A stretch of DNA of 64,000 nucleotides from Terrimicrobiaceae bacterium. GTDB lineage: Bacteria > Verrucomicrobiota > Verrucomicrobiia > Chthoniobacterales > Terrimicrobiaceae. Within the stretch, counting starts at the first letter, position 1. Each line of letters begins with the position of its first letter. The notes beneath the pieces were generated by a model. It worked only from the letters and a program-made list of their open reading frames with translations. It was not told the origin of the DNA and did not search any database. The position numbers and the translations under genes are program-made. The stretch lies in the NCBI GenBank assembly GCA_044342325.1, contig JBIIPZ010000009.1:1-64000 (forward strand). The letters run 5' to 3'. Of the stretch, positions 49,701 to 57,791 are shown in pieces.

Positions 49701-50408
49701 GTTCAAAAAACCAACCGGTCCGTAATCCTGAAACCCGGAATATGCAGCCCGCATTTTTTGGATTCGCTGGAGTTCGACACCCTCGCCTTGCAAGCGATTC
49801 GCGTCGCTTTCACCCTCTAGGCGGATCGAGCTGGTTGGAAAAATAATCGCCATTGGGCGAAAGACCTTTTCGGGCTTGGCCACCTTTTCAAAAAAGTCTT
49901 CATACACCCAGATTTTGCTAATGCTGAATGGCCCGCCCCCGTCGTGCCGCAGCGTGATCTCTAGCGGACTCCGACCTCTCAGAAATTCCTTGGGCACTTC
50001 TACAAAATAGTGGTTCGGCCCCGCGCCGAGTTCTTGGTAGGTGCGAAAATAGACCTCTTTTCCATTCACGAGCACGGTGTAGCCGAAAGCCTCCGGGCGG
50101 CGGTTGTGGATTTCCTGGATTTCCAGAATCAAACAGTTCGTTCCGGCTTGAAACGGCACCCGGAGCTGGATTCGGCTGCCTTTGCGGGGAAGAGTCTTCA
50201 CGGGGAAGCCTTCTTGGAAGGCCCCCATCTCGGTTTCGATCCTTCCGTTTTCCACATCGACAGACTCCGAGACCACCGCCTGAGGAGCCGTGCAATCAAT
50301 GACCAACGAGGCCCGCTCTTTTTCCTGAGGCACGACGGCCAAAGCGAAGCAGGTTAGCAGAGCCACTCCCATAAAGGGAAAAAAAGTGACACCCCATGGG
50401 TTACGCAT
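46704..50408 (-). CDS. Large secreted multidomain protein of unassigned family, paralog A3
   Basis: Signal-like N-terminus; EIHNRRPEAFGY, YFRTYQELGAGPNHYFV, GTDGRGGYFSD, IVREFAP, WSSGE, NMER, HKPEPNYL, ARAFEDSSRV. Confidence 0.85.
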   Translation of the reverse strand: MRNPWGVTFFPFMGVALLTCFALAVVPQEKERASLVIDCTAPQAVVSESVDVENGRIETEMGAFQEGFPVKTLPRKGSRIQLRVPFQAGTNCLILEIQEIHNRRPEAFGYTVLVNGKEVYFRTYQELGAGPNHYFVEVPKEFLRGRSPLEITLRHDGGGPFSISKIWVYEDFFEKVAKPEKVFRPMAIIFPTSSIRLEGESDANRLQGEGVELQRIQKMRAAYSGFQDYGPVGFLNFAGGYGHIDPEEGRKELLSQIDLSSETGMPGLWIVNGTGWGGKPTGTDGRGGYFSDIQYTHTIYDPALGTYRASWPNMWSNTPGAALRNPVMNAFLEKRFQQLMQGIQEQLAWLRLKGQPAQPMIVREFAPASGEISQAVIEAAARDGVTLDPTDGMSFEESLWMHRDAVRTWQEFADSSQRNIGRDIAIVDQGKLLLPEEQFFDNLYAHPDFLTDKPMNDPRWGGGQHGMVDGLWSSGEMGEGVNFRDIAMYDYLRARGKLSMINMERTILKKNFSVMKRHYERGFQFLCFFNADPGDEKFVREVDGIANDPIDPPVHRQPALLDVIVQRDFHAGPKDKLVAQKNMKVHSKLRLAVEDVSAPGELIYKLTNSGNAFTAPLALDLDGRISPGEANNIEVFVGPSLERLEKVATLTEKNLPDPNHWTPWMTSHKLLDLGPSTIGQKTVYLKIVFNATHAPDAAFLLSLNVQSSWPRQSGYFAQPSLSKSEQRTLQLWTQERAIASSLLKKYFATGGEDEVYRQAKDFFERGWYGSARRLLASEISQLLPATYLVRGHGRLGRYPIELKLERPEDWGFFTIEKIGSEGCVFSIKSGRDSQPLSIAMENLGASGEWKLRPLGQGRYELTETANGRRPQNGRVSFDLTHRNPSDHSPKLRSRFVARFLSGDKHRIKVDTQDLEIMDYASSMSLPVAKDAVFTRSAACMEGTEAAAKGEMPQRHDEVIVNTNEAGEVTAVKARYGYEKGRIKKFESPEIVGEPSNGIIEMESGNRYELLFDKAVTKFDTVAIQGTLTAYEISALKDAIKPGHEVELRFTPCQSEHSIPRLLEVRQAREILLDVDYTKATDSSWKNATVGIRDADVVVHKPEPNYLYRVEMALLRPLKPFLPGSVTYLIQNEKPLGTTVVEIAARAFEDSSRVTVYTSPDGVEWMRCGQFDNTWQNNISQNLDELPYQFIDMTPSVQGLKKFYLKIEMTMNSADHRFCVAKLRVATEKSSKSLP

Positions 50409-50411
50409 CTT

Positions 50412-52379
50412 TTAGTGCGAAGATTTGCCCGAGTTGTTGAGATGCTCGGCACGTCCGTCGTCATTCTCATCGAACTTGGAGGTTTTCAGCGCAAGAAGAA
50501 GACCGATGATGTCCTTCGTTCCGCCGAAGGTGAACCAAATGGCGATCACTGCGTTGAAGCCGAGGTAGAAAAAGACATAAATCTTCCAGTAGGACTCCCA
50601 CCAGCTAATCGAAAGAGGCGTCGCCAGATTGATCATGGTCACGGTAGCAAAAAGAAGGATCCAAAACGCATTCCAGACTACGAGGAACACAGCCAGAATC
50701 TTGTCACCAAAGGAAAAGTCTCTGTTGATGCCGAAAATCTTCTGCCATTTGGAGACTTTCTCTTTGTTGTCGGCATGATCGGACTCAAGCGCCAATTGTC
50801 CACGGTGGAGCATTTTATCCAGGTTGAAGGGGGTTCCCTTGTAGGTCAGCAGCGAGATCACGATGTAACTTACGGCTGATCCGACAATCGCGATGAAATA
50901 CAAATACTGGTTGTTGATCGGAAACTCCTCACCGTATTGGGACTGGTAGATCGGCGGGTAAAGAAGCCCGAAAAATCCCACCGCCGCGCCGAAAAGAATC
51001 GCGGGATAGCACGCAGCGGTCGTGCCTTTTTTCCAGTAAAGCCCGCCGATGACCGCCGCGCCGGCACCGGGCAGCCAGATCGTGCCGGTGATCGCCCAGA
51101 ACATGTAGATCGGCGTGCTGGGTGTGTGGAACAACCCAAAAATGAAAGCGTAGAGTGCCACCCCCGTGACCGCGAGTCGCAGCAGGAAAATGTGGTCCTT
51201 CGGCGAGTAGATTTTTTTGCGGAAGGGAATCCAGACATCCTGGATGAAAATACTGCCCCAGGAGTGCATGTAGGTGTTATGCGTGCCGATGGAGCAAAAA
51301 ATCATCACCGCCAGAAATAGCCCCTTGAGACCGACAGGGAGGATTTCTGAGAGCGTGATCGGAACGCGCATCTGATTTTGGATCGTTTCATTTCCAATCG
51401 CGGCCAAGCGGGTCTCGACGACCGAGGAGGTGCTGGAAAACTCTGGAAGATTCAGCAACGCGAACACAGCCACCGCAATCACTATACCCATCCAGCCCTG
51501 CACATCCCAACGCCACCCGCCGATGATGGCTCCCATTTTTTGCTCGTGAGGGCTCTTCGCAGAGGCGTTGTAACCTTGGGATCCCTGCCACGCAGCGCGC
51601 ACGAGAATTCCGTTCAGAATTCCGATCAGATAAAACCAGACATTAAAGTCCTTGATCTCCCCGCCCTTCATCGGATGGATCATCGAGGCGTTCTCGGGAG
51701 CCAACCGCGTGCCCTCGATGATGTTTTGCCAACCGACCAGCCAAATCGCAAAGGCGGTGATCGCCACAAATCCGATCAGACTAACAATCCCAGAATAGCA
51801 GTCCGAGAGCATGATGCTGATCTGCCCGCCGAAAACGACCATCAAAAGGGCAATCCCCAGATCCAAGGCCATCAAGGTGGCGAAAGTGGAAAACTCGATC
51901 GAAGTCCCCGGAATCGGGAAAGTCTCGGGCAGGCCAAGGAAATTGACATAAAATCGCGCCGCAACGGCCGGAAAAACACCGAAATTGATCAACCCAGTAA
52001 GAAAGCAAACGATACCCGCGAACTTGCGGAAATTCGGTGAGTAACGCGTCTCGAAAAACTGCGCCAGCGTCAGCGCCCGGGTCTCTCGGAAGCGGTAGTA
52101 AACAAAACCCGTCAGGGCGAGAATCACGCCCACAGGCAGCGCGAGCATGCCCCACCACATGGAAGTAAACCCGGCCACATACCCCGCCTCGTAAAGCGCG
52201 ATCACGGCGATCACTCCGGTGCCGCTTGCCTGCCCGCCAATCGTCAGCATGTAACGACCCGCAAGGCGATTTGCCGCGAGAAAGTCGCTCACCCCCCGCA
52301 GGTATTTCCGAGTGGCGTTCGTGAGAAAGAGCAGCCCACCAAACAGCACACCGACGGTGCACCAGTCCCAGATGCTCAT
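50412..52379 (-). CDS. Sodium:solute symporter (SSS/SSF) family transporter
   Basis: DFLAANRLAGRY, TLAQFFETRY, LPVGLKGLFLAVM, GGLYWKKGT; many TM segments. Confidence 0.9.
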   Translation of the reverse strand: MSIWDWCTVGVLFGGLLFLTNATRKYLRGVSDFLAANRLAGRYMLTIGGQASGTGVIAVIALYEAGYVAGFTSMWWGMLALPVGVILALTGFVYYRFRETRALTLAQFFETRYSPNFRKFAGIVCFLTGLINFGVFPAVAARFYVNFLGLPETFPIPGTSIEFSTFATLMALDLGIALLMVVFGGQISIMLSDCYSGIVSLIGFVAITAFAIWLVGWQNIIEGTRLAPENASMIHPMKGGEIKDFNVWFYLIGILNGILVRAAWQGSQGYNASAKSPHEQKMGAIIGGWRWDVQGWMGIVIAVAVFALLNLPEFSSTSSVVETRLAAIGNETIQNQMRVPITLSEILPVGLKGLFLAVMIFCSIGTHNTYMHSWGSIFIQDVWIPFRKKIYSPKDHIFLLRLAVTGVALYAFIFGLFHTPSTPIYMFWAITGTIWLPGAGAAVIGGLYWKKGTTAACYPAILFGAAVGFFGLLYPPIYQSQYGEEFPINNQYLYFIAIVGSAVSYIVISLLTYKGTPFNLDKMLHRGQLALESDHADNKEKVSKWQKIFGINRDFSFGDKILAVFLVVWNAFWILLFATVTMINLATPLSISWWESYWKIYVFFYLGFNAVIAIWFTFGGTKDIIGLLLALKTSKFDENDDGRAEHLNNSGKSSH

Positions 52380-52489
52380 AGGAAGCTTACTTTAAGTGTT
52401 CCAAGATCGCGGGGGAGTTGTTCGGGTGAGGTTTCAGTATTCATACGCGGACAACTTATGATACTACTCCGGGGGGGAGTCAAATAAAA

Positions 52490-52505
52490 ATGCAAAGCTT
52501 TGTAT
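52490..52505. promoter_or_regulatory. Candidate LacI-family operator (site 2)
   Basis: ATGCAAAGCTTTGTAT, a 16-bp palindrome with one mismatch, upstream of the SSS-led operon and just past the lacI-family stop. Confidence 0.6.
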
Positions 52506-52520
52506 GATTCCCTAGCCTTC

Positions 52521-53492
52521 TCAGATTTTCGAGGTGATCCGTAGAAGGGGAAGGCCTACTTCGCCGTAACCGCTCGCGGCGGGGTCGCCTTCGATTAGCG
52601 CGATGAGGTTGTCGACGGTGCGGCAGGCAATTCCGGAGCAGTCCTGCTCAGCCACAAGGACCCGTGAGGCAGGGTGCGGCGAGCCAATCCATTGGTCGAA
52701 GCATCCGATGAGCAACTCTCGGCCTTCCGCCACACTATGATTGTGCCAAAGGAAATCCTGAATCGCAGTTTGATGGGATTCGATGAGGCACAAAGGGGAC
52801 GGGAGCTCGGGCTTCAGCCCGCCTGGGGAAAACTGCGCCGCTGTCGAGAAAGGAATCCCCCGGGCATTCAGCGCAACGAGCGTGGCGTCGTGGCGGCGCT
52901 TATCGACGAGGTTGAGCGAGGGATTGAAAAGCACCAGAAACGATTTCGCTCCATCATCGAGACAAGCCTGAACCAAGTCATCCGCAGCCTTCGTATGGTC
53001 TGTAGTGACTGTTGGCAGGTTCATGGAATCGATGGGTACATCGACTAGCACGATGGGAAAACCTTGGCTGACGAGACCGTGAAGGACCGAAAGATCCTCG
53101 ATGTCGCGTCGGTTGACGATGGCACCGCCGGCGAGTGCCGAGTGCATGGCCGTGCTGATGCGGTCGAAGATCTTCTGTTTTCCCAAGTGAAGAGAAACCA
53201 TGAGATCGTAGTCCCTGTCTGCCGCAGCGAGGGCGGCAGCCTCGACCAGATAACTATCGACCGGATTGGCAAGGTCTGGAGCGATGAACCAGAAGAATTG
53301 GGATTTTTTTGCCCGCAACATTCGGGCGGCGAGATTCGGCCGGTAGCCAAGGCGCTTGGCTGTGGTCTGGATTCGTTTTTTTGTGTCGGGACGAACCCTC
53401 TTGTCGTCGCTAAGCGCTCTGGAGACGGTAGAAATATTCACATCGCACACACGGGCGATATCGATCAAGGTTGGAGAAGAAAGAGTTTTCAC
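52521..53492 (-). CDS. LacI-family transcriptional regulator
   Basis: HTH TLIDIARVCDVNISTVSRAL, hinge LGYRPNLAARML, sugar-binding domain. Confidence 0.95.
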   Translation of the reverse strand: MKTLSSPTLIDIARVCDVNISTVSRALSDDKRVRPDTKKRIQTTAKRLGYRPNLAARMLRAKKSQFFWFIAPDLANPVDSYLVEAAALAAADRDYDLMVSLHLGKQKIFDRISTAMHSALAGGAIVNRRDIEDLSVLHGLVSQGFPIVLVDVPIDSMNLPTVTTDHTKAADDLVQACLDDGAKSFLVLFNPSLNLVDKRRHDATLVALNARGIPFSTAAQFSPGGLKPELPSPLCLIESHQTAIQDFLWHNHSVAEGRELLIGCFDQWIGSPHPASRVLVAEQDCSGIACRTVDNLIALIEGDPAASGYGEVGLPLLRITSKI

Positions 53493-53607
53493 TAATTGGC
53501 AGCATCAAGAAGGCTCAATTAAGCATCGAGACAAGTTAACGACGACTATTCCGCCACGAACTTGTATTGTAAAGATTCCTTGCTTGGGTTTACCAATGCT
53601 TTGCTTG

Positions 53608-54591
53608 CTAATCGAACAAGGCGGTCCGCACGCCTTCGAGATCGGCATGGAGTGAATGGCATAGCCCGTCGCTCCCGCCCGACTTGATATTTCCTCCCTC
53701 CAAGCCGAAGGCCGTGAATCCTGCTAATCGGATTGAGCAGACTCCCGCAGCACTGTCTTCGATTCCCGCCACTCGGAAACGCCCATCAAAGGGAATCCCC
53801 AAACCGACCCGCGCGGCCTCGGCATAGAGCCATGGATGGGGTTTGGGAGAAAGTTCGCCAAGTGTTCCGGCTTGCCCCTTACGGAGCGGAAAACCTGCGG
53901 TGATGATAGCATCATAGAACTCCGCCGGATCCCCCATTCCCAGAGTGCGGAAAGCCGAGAGGATTTCCGGGTAGGCTTTCTCGTGGAGTCCGCTTGTGAC
54001 AAGACCGATCAGGATTCCGCGTCCCTTGAGTTCGAGCAGGAAATCTTTCAAGCCCGGCGCAGGCGTGAAGGCGTTTGGACGTCCACCGCCAGCCATAATG
54101 GCGGCCAACTCGCGGTGGGTGTGATTAAAATAGAAGCCCCTCGCTTCTTCCACGGTTTTGCCGGGGCAATATTTTTTTATGCAATATTGGAGGTGCTCGG
54201 AAACGCTGTGACCGGACACATGGGGCAAATCGGCCTCTTCGAGTTCGAAGCCCGGATTTGCAAGAAGGCTTGCCGTGGTTTGCTGGATGATCCAAATCCA
54301 AAATTCCTCACTGTGCACGGTGGTTCCATCGAGGTCCATAAGCACGGCCTGGAGTGGCCGCTCCAACTTCACAGGATGCACCGGGTAGTAAGCCGGATAA
54401 CCCATACTCGAACGCACATGGGCCATAGTCTGGTGATCGAAGCCAACAAACTCGACCATCCTGTCGCCCGTGCAGGCGATGACCTTCACTCCATCCCGCC
54501 CGGCGCTGAAGCACTGGTCAGAAGTATGCTCGACAGGTGTGAGGCCGAGGCTTTGAGCATCGACACCCAGATTCGGAAAAAGATCACTCAC
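53608..54591 (-). CDS. HAD-superfamily phosphatase (subfamily IA-like) with N-terminal extension
   Basis: MDLDGTT, LVTSG, KPHP, IEDSAAG; 4-nt overlap with the GH38 stop. Confidence 0.88.
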   Translation of the reverse strand: MSDLFPNLGVDAQSLGLTPVEHTSDQCFSAGRDGVKVIACTGDRMVEFVGFDHQTMAHVRSSMGYPAYYPVHPVKLERPLQAVLMDLDGTTVHSEEFWIWIIQQTTASLLANPGFELEEADLPHVSGHSVSEHLQYCIKKYCPGKTVEEARGFYFNHTHRELAAIMAGGGRPNAFTPAPGLKDFLLELKGRGILIGLVTSGLHEKAYPEILSAFRTLGMGDPAEFYDAIITAGFPLRKGQAGTLGELSPKPHPWLYAEAARVGLGIPFDGRFRVAGIEDSAAGVCSIRLAGFTAFGLEGGNIKSGGSDGLCHSLHADLEGVRTALFD

Positions 54592-57458
54592 TTTGTATTG
54601 ATGAGGAGAGACACAATCTCACCCTTGCCGGCGGTGAAGGTGGCCTTGTTTTTTGAGAGTTTGAGCTCGCCCAGCGGCTTTTCTTCGAGGGTGATGCGCG
54701 AGAGCGAGGCTGTTTTTTCCGGCACGGTGATGGTCACATCAAACCCCTCTGACGTTGGATTGTAGCCACGAACGACGACAGCGTTTTCATGTTCGGCCTT
54801 CTTCAGGGCGGTGACGATGAATTCGGCGTTGTCGAATGAAATGAAGCTGTTCATCGGCGGCAACTCGCCGTCATGTGTGGTAGCCACGATGGCACGGAGC
54901 GGACTCGTAAAGCGGCTTGCAGCCTGCGGCACTTTGCCTCTCCGCCAATCGCCCGAGTGAGGCATCACAGCGTAGCGGAACACGTGTTTGCCTTGGCACT
55001 GCGCGAGAGCTTGGAAGACGTGGGTCTCGGTCGGATTGCCCGCCGTGCCGAAGCAACGCAGCATCGTAAGCGTAATCGCGCGATCGGGATTGTCCTGCAC
55101 CTCGTATTCCGAGAATCCGTAGTGGAGCAGAGCGAGGCCGTGTTTGCCGTCACTCACATCGACAAATGACAGCGTCGGCAGCGTCCGTGCGGCTTCTTCA
55201 TACCATCCGGTGGAGTCCGGAATCGAGATGGGCCTCTTGACCACATCAAACGCACTGTCCACATGGCAATGGCTGGCTTTGTCGAGGCCGGTCGGGAAAA
55301 GAACTCGCAGGCGATGATCCTGACAGCGGTTGTCTACGGTGGTGACGAATTCCAACTGACGACTGCCGTGGCTGAGTGTGATTTCGGTAACGATGCGCAC
55401 CACGGATTTGCGCGACGAGCGGCGCAGGGCACCATTGTCGATCCACTCGGAACCGTGCGGCACATGGATCTTGAGTTCCTGTTCGAGACCCTCAGGGAGT
55501 TCCCAGTCACGCTCGACACGGTAGGTGGCAGTCATTGGCCCGTTAGCCACGAGAGCCACAGCAGCAGGCTGGCCGAATGTGGTGTAGCAGGCGTCGTTGT
55601 TTGCCCGGTAATGCACAAGCGGACCGCCGCATTCCCCCTCGTCCTCGAAGGCGTTGAGCCCCTTGTAGGCCTGCCCGGTTGCCTTGTCGGTGAGAGTTAC
55701 CGTGCCATCGGCCAGCACCTCGGCGCGGAGGAATTCGTTTTCGAGGACATTCACCTGGGAGCTGATGTTGTCCACAGGGCGCGTGGCGGCTTGCTTTGGC
55801 ACAACCCGGTAGGTGCTGTAGCCGAAGGCCGGAACCTCCGCCGGGATGGCGATGCGAAGCCGGGTGGCCTCGACATTGATGGCGTTGCCGTATTTCAGGT
55901 AGGCATAAAAAGTATCGTCTTCTGTTCCCAGCACCTGGGCGCGAATGGCGTTACCCATGGAGTCGAACACATCCACCATAAGCGGCTTTTTATAAGGCCC
56001 GTAATTGCGCAGGCCCCAAGAGATCGGGACATCGACCGCGACTTCGAGCACTTCACTGCGCATGGCGGAGGTGCTGTTGAAAACCGTTACGCCTAGTTCG
56101 TGCTGGCCTATGGCCGAGAAGTCGATGCGCGTTACGAGGTCCTTGAGGTTGTCGCGGGTCACGCACTCACTGATGTCATTCGCGATACGATAGCGCTCCT
56201 CCATGGCCAACTGCACGCGGTCGATATGGCAGCCCCCAATACCGTCGTGCTGTTGGTTCTGGAGAATCTCTTTCCATGCCGAGCGCAGCAGTGTCTCGGG
56301 ATAAGACTTGCCATGAAAAAGTTGCCATGCCGAAGTCGGCTCAGCCCATTTCTCGAGGCGATGCTGGCAATCGGCGTTTTGCAACTTCAGCGGCATGCGG
56401 GCCGAGAACACACCGATATAAAGTGGGGCAAATGCATCGGCCTTTGTCTCCACACTCAGCATTTCACCCTCCAAACGGAGCAGGTTTTTATCAGCGCCCG
56501 ATTCGGCCATTTCTTTGCGAATCGTTTGCACCACTTCCGGCAGGCTGCTGATGGTTACCTCGCCGTAGTCGATACGCTTATTGATTTCCTCAACGAGGTC
56601 GGGAATGTGCGGATCCGGATTCTCCTGATCGAAGCCTTGGTAGAAGAGAAGATGCTTGGTGGACACCTTGTCCTTGACGGTATCCCGAAGCGTTTCCATG
56701 CCTTTGATAGCCGACTCCATGCTCTTCATGATCGGCTGGCGCAAGACGTGGTAATTCAAGTCATCCGTGCTGTAGGTGTCGGCCAACCGAGCGATGACGC
56801 CGCCATTTTGCTGGATGGACTCCAGATCGTAGTCACCTGTCGGGAGGCTGCTCGCCCCGCCTGTTGCGCGAATATAGGGGTTGTAAACGTAGATCCAGAA
56901 ATTGAGACGGTGGAACGAGCCAAAGGTGAAGCCCATCGCACGAGAGCCGTCCGGAGCATCCCACCAGAACTCAAGCTTCTCAATGTTCGACTGATCAATG
57001 CCTCTGTAGAAGAGGATCGTGTCCATGCCAAACTGGCGGTAGATCTGCGGTAACTGAGACACCTGACCCCAGCTGAAAATATTGTAGGCACATTTCATCA
57101 CGCCACCGAGCGACTCGGCGATGCGGTGACCGAGAAGAAGATTCCGAACGAGCGCCTCGCCACTCACCAGAAACTCAGCCGGAAGCGTATACCAAGGGCC
57201 AGCATGGAGACGCTTTTCCTTCACCAACTTCTCAACCTGCGGACGGCGCTCGGGACGGAATTCCAAGTAATCTTCCAAAAACGAAGACTGCGCATCGGGA
57301 TGGAAGTAAGCGAAGCGCGGATCCTTCTCCATCGCATCGAGCAGGATGTCTCCTGCCTCAAGCAAACGAGCCTGAGTCTCGCGGAAGCTCCACCGGTATT
57401 CACGATCCCAATGGGTATTCAGGATCAGATGCATTTTATAGTTTTTGGAATCAATCAT
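54588..57458 (-). CDS. GH38 alpha-mannosidase (MngB-like), no signal peptide
   Basis: THWDREY, GPWY...EFLVSGEALVRNL, FWWDAPDGS, QHDGIGGC, LENEFL, DHRLRVLF. Start ATG 57458. Confidence 0.92.
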   Translation of the reverse strand: MIDSKNYKMHLILNTHWDREYRWSFRETQARLLEAGDILLDAMEKDPRFAYFHPDAQSSFLEDYLEFRPERRPQVEKLVKEKRLHAGPWYTLPAEFLVSGEALVRNLLLGHRIAESLGGVMKCAYNIFSWGQVSQLPQIYRQFGMDTILFYRGIDQSNIEKLEFWWDAPDGSRAMGFTFGSFHRLNFWIYVYNPYIRATGGASSLPTGDYDLESIQQNGGVIARLADTYSTDDLNYHVLRQPIMKSMESAIKGMETLRDTVKDKVSTKHLLFYQGFDQENPDPHIPDLVEEINKRIDYGEVTISSLPEVVQTIRKEMAESGADKNLLRLEGEMLSVETKADAFAPLYIGVFSARMPLKLQNADCQHRLEKWAEPTSAWQLFHGKSYPETLLRSAWKEILQNQQHDGIGGCHIDRVQLAMEERYRIANDISECVTRDNLKDLVTRIDFSAIGQHELGVTVFNSTSAMRSEVLEVAVDVPISWGLRNYGPYKKPLMVDVFDSMGNAIRAQVLGTEDDTFYAYLKYGNAINVEATRLRIAIPAEVPAFGYSTYRVVPKQAATRPVDNISSQVNVLENEFLRAEVLADGTVTLTDKATGQAYKGLNAFEDEGECGGPLVHYRANNDACYTTFGQPAAVALVANGPMTATYRVERDWELPEGLEQELKIHVPHGSEWIDNGALRRSSRKSVVRIVTEITLSHGSRQLEFVTTVDNRCQDHRLRVLFPTGLDKASHCHVDSAFDVVKRPISIPDSTGWYEEAARTLPTLSFVDVSDGKHGLALLHYGFSEYEVQDNPDRAITLTMLRCFGTAGNPTETHVFQALAQCQGKHVFRYAVMPHSGDWRRGKVPQAASRFTSPLRAIVATTHDGELPPMNSFISFDNAEFIVTALKKAEHENAVVVRGYNPTSEGFDVTITVPEKTASLSRITLEEKPLGELKLSKNKATFTAGKGEIVSLLINTK

Positions 57459-57491
57459 AGAAAAAGAAAAGGGGCCTTTGCTTTGCAGAGT

Positions 57492-57507
57492 ATACAAAGG
57501 TTTGTTT
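57492..57507. promoter_or_regulatory. Candidate LacI-family operator (site 3)
   Basis: ATACAAAGGTTTGTTT in the GH38/MFS divergent region; resembles the reverse complements of sites 1 and 2. Confidence 0.45.
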
Positions 57508-57791
57508 TATTTAGTGGTTTATTACCCGCCGGTCAACTGGGCTCTTTCGCATGGAGTGTTTTTTATTCTAAAAGAGCATTGAAAATGAAGCGGCCGCCCC
57601 GCAATTAGGGGATGTATTAATGAATACAAACCTTGTGACTGGACGTTCGATGTTAGACTTTGCTGCGATGAGCAACCTTCTCTGACCACGTCCCGTTTTT
57701 GTGACTCTTGGCGGTGTTAAAACGACACGCTGCAGAAAGGTGCGACTTCGCACTTCGCGATCTGACAGAAGAAATCTCTCATCAAAACGCA

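Noticed and set aside
18889..50408. Large paralogs as TonB receptors, autotransporters or an invertible phase-variation cassette
   Set aside because: No C-terminal beta-barrel signature, no recombinase, and no long identical inverted repeats; the paralogs are well diverged at DNA level.
57400..57420. GH38 NTHWD instead of HTHWD as a sign of inactivation
   Set aside because: The Zn ligands are the second His and the Asp (HxD), and both are retained.
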